From an uncultured Thermoleophilia bacterium (lineage in GTDB: Bacteria; Actinomycetota; Thermoleophilia; UBA2241): a stretch of DNA of 64,000 bases. The translations under genes and the position numbers were made by a program. Position 1 is the first letter of the stretch. The number at the start of each line of letters is the position of its first letter. Positions 9,478-19,570 of the stretch are shown piece after piece. The notes under the pieces are model-generated. The model did no database searches. It saw nothing but the letters and a program-made list of their open reading frames with translations, and was not told the DNA's origin. The stretch covers positions 544,001 through 608,000 of the forward strand of contig CAVQSP010000014.1 in the NCBI GenBank assembly GCA_963715985.1, given 5' to 3'.

Positions 9478-11190
9478 CCGTCCTCGAGGATCTGGGCCGG
9501 GTCGAGTCCGCCGACGTGCTCGTCATCGGCGGGGGCATCGGCGGGCTCGTTGCCGCGGTGGCCGCCAAGGAGAAGGACCCGGACGCCGACGTGCTGGTCG
9601 TCGAGAAGGCGAGCTCCGGCTGGGCCGGCCAGGCCAACAAGGGCGCCGGCGTGTGGTGGTACCTGGCGCCCGAGGACGATGTGGACCGCTTCGTGCAGTT
9701 CCACGTCGAGCACATCGGCCACTACATCGAGGACCAGGAACTGCTCGCCGACTTCGGCCGCCAGAGCCTGGCCACTCTGGAGCGCATGGACGGATGGACC
9801 GGCAAGTTCCAGCGCCGTGACGACGGGCAGTTCATCCACAAGCGCTTCAAGCCGTTCCTGCCCTGGAGCCTCACGGGCGCGGACCTCGACTTCATGCGCC
9901 CGCTCAAGCGCACCGCCCGCAAGCTGGGAGTGCGCTTCATCGACAAGACGTCGCTCACCGACCTGCTGACCGACGGCGGGCGCGTCGCCGGCGCCGTCGG
10001 GTTCAGTCTGCTGGACGGCAGCCCTCTCGTGGTGCAGGCCCCCGCCGCCGTCATCGCCACCGGCGGCCAGAGTTACCGCATCATGGGCATGTGGAGCTGC
10101 CAGCGCGGCGACGGGCTGGGCATGGCCTGGCGCGCCGGCGCGCAGATGCGCAACGCCGAGTGGGGGCCGTTCGCCCAGCTCGCCGGCAAGAAGGGCAAGG
10201 AGCCGCTCATCGGCTCCGAGGACGCGCTGTACAACGCCTGGCACGAGAAGCTCTCGCCGCGGTTCCGCGACGAGCTCGCGCCCGACGTCTGCGGCATGAC
10301 GAGCGCCGTGTGGTACCAGCAGATGGTGGCCGGCAACGGCCCGCTGGTGACGTTCCACCCAGAGAACTGGATGCTCGCCAACACCACGGAGGACCTGGAG
10401 GGCGGCACCGTGTGGGACCGCCCGGTGGCCATCAAGTTCTGGGAGACGCTCATCAGCCGGGTGCGCAGCGCCGACCCGCCGGGCGCCTTTCTCGAGGTGT
10501 TCCCGGCGGTCCTCGGCGAGCTCTCGCCGATCAAGGTGGATCACGGCATGGCGACGACGGTGCCCGGCCTGTTCGCCTGCGGCAACGCCTGCTACAACGG
10601 CTCCGGCTTGCCCGGCGCCGTGCCGGCCTCGCCCGGGCGCATGCGCGGGTCCGGCCTCTTCGGCGCCACCTGGATGGGCATCCGCGCCGGCGAGTCGGCG
10701 GTGGGCGCCGCCGGCGGCGCACAGGCCGACGCGATGCAGGCGGAAGCGCTCGTACGCGACGCGCTCGCGCCCCTCGAGCGCACGGACGGCGTGCCGGCGA
10801 TGGAGCTGGTGCGCGCCGTCCAAGACGGCCGTGAACCCGGTCGGCTACTCGATCTACAAGAGCGAGGAGCGCATGACCGAGGCGCTCCAGATGGTCCTTG
10901 ACGTCAAGGAGCGCCTCCCCCAAGTCGCGGCCACCGATCCGCACTACCTGGTGGCCGCCCACGACGCCCGCAACATGGCGCTGAGCGCCGAGCTCTTCTA
11001 CCGCACGGCGCTGGAACGCAAGGAGTCGCGCGGCTGGTTCATCCGCGAGGACTACCCCGAGCGCGACGACGCCGAGTGGCTCAAGTGGGTCAACGCCGAG
11101 CCCGACGGCGACGGGATGCGCATCTGGACCGAGGACGTCCCCGTCGCCGACTACCCGTTCCAGCCCGACCGCCCCCGAGAGGAGCTGAGC
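9474..11190 (+). CDS. FAD-dependent oxidoreductase, AprA/SdhA-Frd superfamily; frameshift near 10826, stop uncertain
   Basis: DVLVIGGGIGG, IATGG, RGDGLGMAWRAGA, TTVPGLFACG, ALERKESRG...REDYPERDD. Confidence 0.85.
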
Positions 11191-11193
11191 CGA

Positions 11194-12058
11194 ATGGCCG
11201 CCACGATGGAACGCCAGCCTCGCCCTCTGACCCCCGAGGAACAGGCGAAGCCCTACGCCAAGTTCTACACGATGGAGTTCCCGGGGCCGGACCCGGCGAC
11301 GGTGGCGCTCATGGCGCGTGACCGCCAGGTCCCGCAGGAGCAGATGCTCATGCCGGAGGACCTCAACAAGCTGCTCGACCCCGGCAACCTTCGAGACCGA
11401 GGTCGGCTGGGGCATGATGGACAACGGCGCCGGCTACATCGCCATGCGCCACGAGATGCCCGGCGTCACCGTCGAGATGGTCGACTGGTGGTTCGCGTGG
11501 CACCCGATCGAAGGCCTGCGCTACCGCATCTGGTACCCGCCGTACCACCTCGGCGTCCACGTCGACGAGTGGGCGCAGCCGCGGCTGCTCGACCCCGGCG
11601 TGCCCGTCCGCGACAAGTGCGAGAAGGTCGTCCACCACGTGACCGAGGACACCGGCGTGGGCACGGAGCACATCGACATCCACTTCCTCACGCCCGAGCA
11701 GATCGGCTTCGACATGAGCCGCTGGCACAAGCCGAACGTGGGCACCTTCGTCGGCGGCTTCGGGTGGAGCGTCAACGAACACCAGCCGCCGGAGATCCCG
11801 GCCGCCCCGGCCATCATGGTCCACTTCATCCGCGAGATGGAGGGCGGCGTCGAGTGGCGCACGCGCTTCTGGATGGGCTACACGATCCTGAACGGCCACC
11901 CGGTCCCCCTGCTGCCGCCGGGCATCCGCGTGCCCGAGGACGCCGTGTGCGGCCTCGCCAACCACAACATCTACGAGTACACACGGCTCAAGTCGCTGCT
12001 CCCGCTGGTCTACGCGGAGCTCGGCGGCACCGTACGTGTGACCGTACGCAGACGATGA
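11194..12058 (+). CDS. Phloretin hydrolase/PhlG family C-C hydrolase #1; frameshift near 11386
   Basis: MPGVTVEMVDWWFAWH...RYRIWYPPYH, VTED, RTRFWMGY, HNIYE; GAGGAG RBS. Confidence 0.85.
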
Positions 12059-12088
12059 CCGTCGCAGCCAGAGGGGAGAGGTGACCGC

Positions 12089-12871
12089 ATGCTCAAGAGC
12101 ATCGTGATGATGGACCTGCCCATCGACGACATCGCGCCGATGGAACGCTGGTACTACGAGTCGCACTCGTCGGAGATCTCGCGCCGGTACGGCCCGTGGC
12201 TGCAGCGCCACGAGAGCTACGTGGCGCTCGACGCGCCCGAGGACGCGCGCCGGTTCGGCTTCTACAACTGGCGCGTCACCGAGACCTACTGGCGCGAGAT
12301 GCCGGAGTCCGGGGCCAAAGGCGCGTACTGCTTCACGCCGGCCCCGGTCTGGAACCCCGTCGCCACCTGCACCGTCCCAGCGCAGCCGGACAACGACTTC
12401 TTCGGCTGGGACGGGTTCTCCACGGACGGCGCCAGCATCCGCTGGTACATCCTGTTCCGGTATCCCCTCGGGGTACGCCTCAAGGACGGCGAGGACTGGT
12501 TCGTCAACGTGCACGCCCCGGAGGTGTGCAGGCAGCCGGGGCTCAAGCGCTTCTTCAGCTACAAGGTCGAGCAGGCGGCGATCCCGCTGCCCGGCATGTG
12601 GCACCCGGACGCCACGCCGCCGCAGGACATGATGATGGTGCAGTGGGACCGCGTGGTGGAGCTCTGGTACCCGAGCTTCAGTGCCTGGCGCAAGGCGGTC
12701 ATCGAGGAGCCACCGGCCTACACGGCACCGGAATGGGCGACCGACGACTTCTACAAGGACGGCCATGCCACGTACCCGTTCTTCAAGCCGGGCGTGGACT
12801 TCGTGAGCACGTTCCTGCTCGAGCGCCCCGCCGACGAGTTCCTGCGCGACACGCGCTACTACCGGCCATGA
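12089..12871 (+). CDS. Bacterial chalcone-isomerase-like protein (Eubacterium ramulus CHI type)
   Basis: RWYYESH...RFG...TE..W, RYPLGV...GEDWF, VVELWY...W.K, PEWA...YPFFKP pattern matches recalled E. ramulus CHI. Confidence 0.7.
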   Translation: MLKSIVMMDLPIDDIAPMERWYYESHSSEISRRYGPWLQRHESYVALDAPEDARRFGFYNWRVTETYWREMPESGAKGAYCFTPAPVWNPVATCTVPAQPDNDFFGWDGFSTDGASIRWYILFRYPLGVRLKDGEDWFVNVHAPEVCRQPGLKRFFSYKVEQAAIPLPGMWHPDATPPQDMMMVQWDRVVELWYPSFSAWRKAVIEEPPAYTAPEWATDDFYKDGHATYPFFKPGVDFVSTFLLERPADEFLRDTRYYRP

Positions 12872-12932
12872 GCGCGCCGTTCGTGAGCCGCTCGCGTCCC
12901 GTTCCAGCCATCGCCACCCGGAGGTCACGCTG

Positions 12933-13772
12933 ATGGCCGTCAGGACACTCACGCCCGAAGAAGAGGCCAAGCCGTACGCCAAGTACTACCACCGCCCGGT
13001 CACGCCGCCGGACGCGGACATGATCGCGCTGATCCAGCCCGACGTGCAGATCGACCCGGCCCTGGCGCTGCCGCCGGAGCGCATCAGCGACCTGCTCGAC
13101 CCCGGCTACCACGAGGTCGAGACCGGCTGGTGCATCATGCCCAACGGCAGCGGCTACCTGGCCGTGCACAACCGCATGCCCGGCGTGACCGTCGAGATGC
13201 TCGACTGGTGGTTCTGGTGGCACTCCATGGCCAGCGTGCGCTACGGCCTCTGGTACCCGCCGGGCCACTACGGCATCTCGATCAGCAAGAAGTCGCGCGC
13301 CAAGCTCAGTGACCCGAGCGTGCCGGCCAAGGAGAAGATCTACGGCCGCACCGACCACGTGGTCGAGGACATCGGCACGGGCGCGGAGGACATCTACATC
13401 TGCTTCTGCGCCCCCGAGGAGATGGGCTTCGACATGAGCCGATTCCACGCGCCGAACGTCGCGGCCGTGTACGGCGGCTACGGCTTCGACCAGCCGCAGG
13501 GCGCCAAGCCGAGCGACATCCGGGCGCCCGCCATCATGTGTCACTTCATCCGTGAGCTTCCGGACGGGGACGGCATCGAGTTCCGCTCGCGCTTCTGGAT
13601 GGGCTACAAGCTCATCGAGGGGCAGCCCGTGCTCGCCATCCCGCCCGGTGAGTCGGTGCCGGCCGATGTGCCCTACGGCCTCGCCGATCACAACGTCAGC
13701 GAGTACTGCAACCTCAAGTCGCTGCTGCCGGAGATCTGGGCCGAGTTCAAGGACGCCGACCCGGCGCTGTGA
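12933..13772 (+). CDS. Phloretin hydrolase/PhlG family C-C hydrolase #2
   Basis: TPEEEAKPYAKYY, MPGVTVEMLDWWFWWH, RYGLWYPPGH, VVED, RSRFWMGY, HNVSE; intact ORF. Confidence 0.9.
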   Translation: MAVRTLTPEEEAKPYAKYYHRPVTPPDADMIALIQPDVQIDPALALPPERISDLLDPGYHEVETGWCIMPNGSGYLAVHNRMPGVTVEMLDWWFWWHSMASVRYGLWYPPGHYGISISKKSRAKLSDPSVPAKEKIYGRTDHVVEDIGTGAEDIYICFCAPEEMGFDMSRFHAPNVAAVYGGYGFDQPQGAKPSDIRAPAIMCHFIRELPDGDGIEFRSRFWMGYKLIEGQPVLAIPPGESVPADVPYGLADHNVSEYCNLKSLLPEIWAEFKDADPAL

Positions 13773-13794
13773 AGCCGGGCAGGGAGGAACCCCT

Positions 13795-14589
13795 ATGCCA
13801 ATGAAGCTGATGGCGGCGTCACGCCGCCGGCCCGGGCTGACCAGGGCCGAGTACTTCCGCTACATCGAGCACTACCACGGCACCGTGGCGCGCCTCGAGC
13901 GCTTCAAGATCGAGAAGTACATCCAGAACCACGTGATCGACGGCGCGTTCGGCGTGATCTCCGACGCGGGCGGCCACAAGAACAAGGTCGCCGACAGGGA
14001 CGCCGTCGTCGAGCTCCACTTCGACAGCTTCCGCGACATGCTGGCCACCCTCGAGCCCGAGGGCGTGACCGTGTCGCGCGCCAACCAGGACGGCCGTTTC
14101 TTCGCCGACGAGCCGACCAACATCATCGTGATGGCGGAAGAGACCGAGCTGCCCGTCGCCAAGCCCATGCCGGACTTCAACCCCGGGCTCGGCGAGCCGG
14201 GCAGGGGTGCGCTCAAGGTGATGCAGTACATCATGCGCCGGCCCGAGGTCTTCCCCCAGGACTTCCACCGGCTGTGGCGCCGCGCCCACGACGAGGCTCT
14301 GGCGGCGAGCCCCTACGCCAACGACATGTTCCGCAAGATCGTCGTGAGCAAGCGCTCGCGCGTGAACGACAACGACGCCGCGGCCCGCGCGCACTTCAAG
14401 ATGGTCGACCCGCCGGTGTACGACCTCGTGGTGTCGTTCGTCCTCGACAGCATCGAGCAGGCCGGCGCCTTCCGGCAGTACTTCGACGCCATCACCAGCA
14501 GCCCGCTGGTGTTCGCCGACTGGTCGGAGTCGTTCTTCCTCTACGTGAGGCCGGTGCGGATCATCGACGACGCGCCGCCGAAGGAGTAG
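13795..14589 (+). CDS. Duplicated EthD-domain protein
   Basis: RRRPGLTRAEYFRYIEHYH...KYIQNH...DAVVELHFDS...DGRFFAD; second repeat KVMQYIMRRP...WRRAH. Confidence 0.78.
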   Translation: MPMKLMAASRRRPGLTRAEYFRYIEHYHGTVARLERFKIEKYIQNHVIDGAFGVISDAGGHKNKVADRDAVVELHFDSFRDMLATLEPEGVTVSRANQDGRFFADEPTNIIVMAEETELPVAKPMPDFNPGLGEPGRGALKVMQYIMRRPEVFPQDFHRLWRRAHDEALAASPYANDMFRKIVVSKRSRVNDNDAAARAHFKMVDPPVYDLVVSFVLDSIEQAGAFRQYFDAITSSPLVFADWSESFFLYVRPVRIIDDAPPKE

Positions 14590-14593
14590 TGCC

Positions 14594-15502
14594 ATGCCGG
14601 ACATGACCAAGCCTGAATGGGCGGCCCAGAAGACCTACGACGAGAACCGGGCGTTCAGCAAGACCAAGGCCACCCGTCCGCCGCTCACGCCCGAGGAAGA
14701 GAAGCGCCCGTTCGCCAAGTACTACTACGACGAGATCCCGCAGCCGGATCCCGTGCACTACGCGATCATGGACGAGCCGATGGACCCGGCCGACGCGTTC
14801 TACCCGGAGGACATCAGCCGCCTCCTCGACGTGCCGGCGCTCGAGGCGGGGGTGGAGATCGGATGGTGCAACCTGCCCAATGGGGCCGGCTACATCGCCA
14901 ACCGGATCCACTACCCGGAGTTCACCGCCGACATGGTCGACTGGTGGTTCGCGTGGCACCCGCTCGAGGACCTGCGGTACCGCATCTGGTACCCGCCGCA
15001 GCACGCCGGCATCATGCTGAGCCCCATCGACCGTGCTCGCATCCTCGATGACTCCATCCCCAACCGTGAGAAGAACTGGGGCGTCGTCCACAACGTGACT
15101 GAGAACTGCGACAACGGCTACGAGAACATCGACATCGCCTTCCGCTCGCCGGCCGACGCGGGCTTCGACATGGAGAAGTTCGACAAGGTGGCGGCGACCA
15201 TGGCGGGTGGCATGGGCTGGGCCGTGACGGTCGACAAGACCGACGAGTCCATCACCGCGCCGGCGCTCATGGTCCACATGTTCTACGACGCTCCGGAGGG
15301 AGGGCTGATCCACCGCACGCGCTTCTGGATGGGCTACCGCTTCAACGAGGAGGACAAGCCCGAGCTGTGCCTGCCGCCTGGCGTGAGCGTGCCGGTCGAG
15401 GCCGTCCAGGGCCTGGCGCGGCACAACGTCAAGGAGTACACGCGGTGGCGCGAGTTCCTGCCGAGGATCTACGCGGAGCTGGGCCCGGGGATGTACTGCT
15501 AG
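14594..15502 (+). CDS. Phloretin hydrolase/PhlG family C-C hydrolase #3
   Basis: DMVDWWFAWHPLEDLRYRIWYPPQH, VTEN, RTRFWMGY, HNVKE. Confidence 0.9.
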   Translation: MPDMTKPEWAAQKTYDENRAFSKTKATRPPLTPEEEKRPFAKYYYDEIPQPDPVHYAIMDEPMDPADAFYPEDISRLLDVPALEAGVEIGWCNLPNGAGYIANRIHYPEFTADMVDWWFAWHPLEDLRYRIWYPPQHAGIMLSPIDRARILDDSIPNREKNWGVVHNVTENCDNGYENIDIAFRSPADAGFDMEKFDKVAATMAGGMGWAVTVDKTDESITAPALMVHMFYDAPEGGLIHRTRFWMGYRFNEEDKPELCLPPGVSVPVEAVQGLARHNVKEYTRWREFLPRIYAELGPGMYC

Positions 15503-15579
15503 GGGTATCCCGTCGGGCATCGACGATTGAGTTGACCGCGTGAGGGCGGGGGCCGGGGCCGGCGTGCAGGACGTGGCCG

Positions 15580-15610
15580 CCCGGCCCGTGGCAAACCACG
15601 GCGAGCCGGG
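15580..15610. terminator. Imperfect hairpin between convergent genes
   Basis: cccggcccgtgg-caaa-ccacggcgagccggg. Confidence 0.4.
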
Positions 15611-15614
15611 CATG

Positions 15615-16532
15615 CTAGGGTGTCAGCCAGCCGTGGGTGAGGTCCGGCGGCCGCTTCTCGGCACGTTCCGGCAGCGGCTCGCTCACGGGCCAGATGAGCT
15701 CCGTGGCGAAGTCCGCGGGGTCGGCCGTGTCCCGCTCGTCGCGGACGAAGCGCATCCGCAGCCGGCCGCGGAGGCCGCGGCCGCTGTCCGCGAGCCATTC
15801 GAGCTGTCTGGCGTAGGCGAAGCGGTAGCCGTCCTCGTAGAGACCTGAGAAGACGCTTCGCGCGAAGCGGCCGCCCTCGAGCTCGACGAGGTCCGCGGCT
15901 GGTGTGGTGGTCGCCTCTCCGGCCACGGGGAGGCAGAGCTCGTAGCGGAGCACGGTCTCGTCCCCGCCCGCGAGACCTTTGTCCGTCGGGTCGAGCAGTA
16001 CCACGTGTTCTCTCCCCGTCGGGGTGAGGCCGGACTCGGTGGCTCTATCGGCGAGCACGGCGGCGAGATCGATGTAGGACTCGTGGAACTCCGAGCGGGC
16101 CATCGTCCCCGACCAGCGCAGGCAGCGCTCCGGCGCGAGGTCGATGAGTTCGACGGCGGGAGCCGCGCGGAACATGGCGTCGAGCTCGTCGATCCTGCTC
16201 AAGAGCCGCAACGCCGCATCCAGGCGGGCCTGCTCCTGCTCGAGCCGCTGCTTCTGCTGCGTGAGGGTCTCTTCGAGACGATCCGTCGCAGCCGCGTCGA
16301 TGTACAGGCGCATCTCGTTCAGGGGTACGTCGAGCCGCCTGAGAAGGCGGATCATCTCGGCTGCCCGGATCGAGTGGACGTCGTAGGATCGGTATCCCGT
16401 CGCCTCGTCGACGTGCGCGGGCAGCAGGAGCCCGCGATCGGCGTACAAGCGAAGGGCACGATGGCTCAGCCCGGTCATGCGCGAGAAGATGCCGATCGGC
16501 ATCAGTCGCTCATCACCCCGTGGCGACCGCAT
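15615..16532 (-). CDS. BmrR-like MerR regulator with C-terminal GyrI-like ligand-binding domain (start could be 16502 or 16556)
   Basis: IGIFSRMTGLSHRALRLYADRGLLLPAHVDEATGYRSY; C-terminal ...ATELIWPV. Confidence 0.88.
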   Translation of the reverse strand: MRSPRGDERLMPIGIFSRMTGLSHRALRLYADRGLLLPAHVDEATGYRSYDVHSIRAAEMIRLLRRLDVPLNEMRLYIDAAATDRLEETLTQQKQRLEQEQARLDAALRLLSRIDELDAMFRAAPAVELIDLAPERCLRWSGTMARSEFHESYIDLAAVLADRATESGLTPTGREHVVLLDPTDKGLAGGDETVLRYELCLPVAGEATTTPAADLVELEGGRFARSVFSGLYEDGYRFAYARQLEWLADSGRGLRGRLRMRFVRDERDTADPADFATELIWPVSEPLPERAEKRPPDLTHGWLTP

Positions 16533-16628
16533 CTCCCGTCGTCCTTCCTGGTCCATGACGCCACTCTAGTCTCGGACGCGGAAGGTGGCCATCTTGCCGT
16601 CCGTCACCGCCCGCACGCGCGTCGCTCG

Positions 16629-16659
16629 TTGACTCTGACGCGGGTCAGTGTTCGAGACT
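16629..16659 (+). promoter_or_regulatory. MerR-type promoter with 19-bp spacer and dyad
   Basis: TTGACT-N19-GAGACT; spacer carries CTGAC-gcgg-GTCAG. Confidence 0.7.
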
Positions 16660-16732
16660 CTCTGAGCCGCGTCGCGCGCCGGCGCCGAGCACGCACTGTC
16701 TATCGCTACGGCCACTGTTCCAAGGGAGGCTG

Positions 16733-18248
16733 ATGAGTGTGAACGACATCGTCAATGGGCTCGCCGCGCTCGTCGGCCGCGACTACGTCGCGGCCGACCC
16801 GGCGAGCCTCCAGGAGTACGCGGGCGACGAGAGCTTCGTCCCGCGGCTGACGCCGTGGGCCGTGGCCCGGCCGGGCTCGGCCCAGGAAGTGCAGAAGGTC
16901 GTCGCCTGGGCCAACGAGACGGCGACGCCGCTCGTGCCGGTCAGCTCCGGCGGGCCGCACTTCCACGGCGACACGGTGCCCAGCGTGACGGGCGCCGTGA
17001 TGCTCGACCTGCGGCGGCATGGACAGGATCCTGCGTATCGACCGGCGCAACCGCATGGCGGTCATCGAGCCGGGCGTCACGTATCCCCAGCTGCAGGCCG
17101 CCCTGGCCGAGCAGGGCATGCGCGTGACGCCGCCGCTGCTGCCGCGGGCGAACAAGTCGGTCGTCGCGAGTCTGCTCGAGCGCCAGCCGACGCTCATCCC
17201 GCGCTACAACTTCCACCTGCCCGAGCCGCTGCGCAGCTGCGGCGTGGTGTGGGGAAACGGCGAGACCATGTTCACCGGCGAGGCCGGCAGCGGCCCCGAG
17301 TCGCTGGAGGCGCAGTGGCAGGCCGGCGGCGTGCAGGCCGACCCCAAGGGCCCGGCGCAGACCGACTTCTTTCGCCTGCTCACGGGCGCGCAGGGGACGA
17401 TGGGCGTCGTCACGTGGGCGGCGGTCAAGTGCGAGCTGCTGCCCGCCGCCCACGAGTTCGCGTTCGTGACGGCCGCCGACCTCGACGACCTGGTCGACCT
17501 CACCTACCGGCTCGACCGCATCCGGCTCGGCGATGAGGTGTTCATCGTCAACGACGCCTACCTGGAGCGGCTGCTTGCCTCGCAGCATGGGGGCAAGGTC
17601 GATCCCGACGAGCTGCCGGCGTGGACGCTCGTCCTTGGGTTCGGCGGGCGCGAGCACTTCGCCGCGGAGCGGGTCGCCGTCCAGAAGAAGGACGCGGCAT
17701 CGCTGGCCGGGGAGTTCGGCCTGACGCTGCAGCAGTCGATCCCCGGTGCGCTGACCGGTGACATCGCCGCCGCGATCGGCGCCTGCTGCGAGACGCCATG
17801 GAAGCTGGCGGCGGAGGGCGCCTGCGCCGACGTGTTCTTCGTGACCACTCTCGAGGAGGCGCCCGCGTTCGTCGAGATCGCGCACATCGTGGCCGACGGG
17901 TACGGGTACGCCGCGGAGGACGTCGGCGTGTACATCCAGCCCCAGCACCAGGGCGTGACGCACCACGTCGAGTTCAGCCTGCCCTACGACGGCTCGGACG
18001 CGGCCACCCGGGAGGACATGAAGGGCCTGTCCGACGACCTCGCCGCCAATCTCATGGCCGCCGGCGCCTACTTCAGCCGGCCGTACGGCTCGTGGGCTCA
18101 GCCCGTCTACAACCGCGATGCCGCCTCGCGCGACGCCCTGCGCAAGGTCAAGGCGATCTTCGACCCGGCCGGGAGTCATGAACCCCGGCAAGCTGTGCTT
18201 CGGGGCGCCGGATCGCGCCCGCGCGCGCTCGTCGAAAAGGAGGCCTGA
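16733..18248 (+). CDS. FAD-linked oxidase (VAO/PCMH family, FAD_binding_4); frameshifts near 17018 and 18172-18220
   Basis: ARPGSAQEVQKVV, VPVSSGGPH, MDRILRID...IEPGVTY, GAQGTMGVVT, KAIFDP...MNPGKL. Confidence 0.82.
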
Positions 18249-18249
18249 C

Positions 18250-19570
18250 ATGGCCCTCACCGACTATCGCGCCGACGCCATGCGCTGCACGCGCTGCAGC
18301 TACTGCAAGTGGATCCCCTTCGACCTCGTGAAGAGCCACCGCTTCGCCAAGGGCTGCCCATCGATCGAAGCCGGCAAGTTCCACGCCTACTCGGCCGGCG
18401 GCCGGCTCGTCACCATGCGCTCGCCTCCTCGACGGCCGCAGCGAGGTCACCGACCAGGTCGTCGACATCGCCTTCCGCTGCCAGCTCTGCGGCAACTGCG
18501 ACGTGGCCTGCAAGATGTGCCGCTACGACATGGAGCCCATCCTCGCGCTGCGCGAGCTGCGCGCGCACCTGGTCGAGATGGACCGGGTGCCGGAGTCGTA
18601 CCGGCCGCTCATCGAGCGCACCCGCGCCGGCCTCGCCGGCAAGGGCAAGACCCCGGCCGAGCGCAACGCCTGGGCTGAAGGGCTGGGCCTCGTGGACCCG
18701 ACCGTCGAGCCCGTCGACGTCGTCTTCTTCGCGGGCTGCAAGTACTCCCTCGAGGAGTCGCTGCGGGAGACCGTGCGCACGCAGGTGCGCGTGCTGCAGG
18801 CCGCCGGCCTCAGCGTGGGCATCATGCCCGAGGCCGGCTGCTGCGGCGGCCTCGCCGACAAGATGGGCTATCGTGACGAGGCCGCCAGGCCGGCACGAAG
18901 ATGCTCGAGCAGTGGGCCGCCGCCGGTGTGAAGACGGTGGTCACGCCGTGCGCCGACTGCCGGCACACGTTCACGCGCGCCTACCCGAAGTACGAGGGCG
19001 CGTCGGAGGACATGCCGGAGATCCTGCACACCGTCGAGTGCGTCGACAGGCTCGTGAAGGACGGGCGGCTCGAGCTCACCGCGCCCGTCCCGCTCACCGT
19101 CACCTACCACGACCCCTGCAACCTCGGTCGTCAGGGCGAGCCCTACACGCAGTGGGAAGGGGTCGAGAAGAAGATCTACGGCCAGGCGGTCGTCTACGAC
19201 CCGCCGCGACCGCGCCACAACGGCGCCAACGGCGTCTATGACGCGCCGCGCGACGTGCTCGCCGCCATCCCCGGCGTGGAGCTCGTCGAGATGGAGCGCA
19301 GCCGCGAGGCCGCCTGGTGCTGCGGCGCCGGCGGCGCCTGCCGCGAGGCGTTCCCCGAGTACTCGGCCGCGACGGCCGCAGAGCGCGTGGAGGAGGCGGC
19401 GTCGACCGGTGCTGAGGCGCTCGTCACCGCCTGCTCGCGCTGCGAGCTCAACTTCGCGGAGGCCGTGGCCGCCGACACCGCGTCGGGCGGCCCCGGCGCC
19501 GATCTGCAGGTCCACGACGTGCTGGAGCTCGTCGCGCTCTCCGCCGGCATCAGGGAAGGAGGCCTCATGA
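18250..19570 (+). CDS. Fe-S oxidoreductase, GlcF/HdrD-like (2x[4Fe-4S] + two CCG domains); several frameshifts
   Basis: CTRCSYC...CP, CQLCGNCDVAC, FFAGC, GCCG, TPCADC, YHDPCNLGR, WCCGAGG, TACSRC. Confidence 0.85.

Noticed and set aside
9223-11190. aprBA as a sulfate-reduction marker
   Set aside because: No sat, qmo or dsr context, duplicated copies, and the ferredoxins lack the long AprB tail; only superfamily-level similarity.
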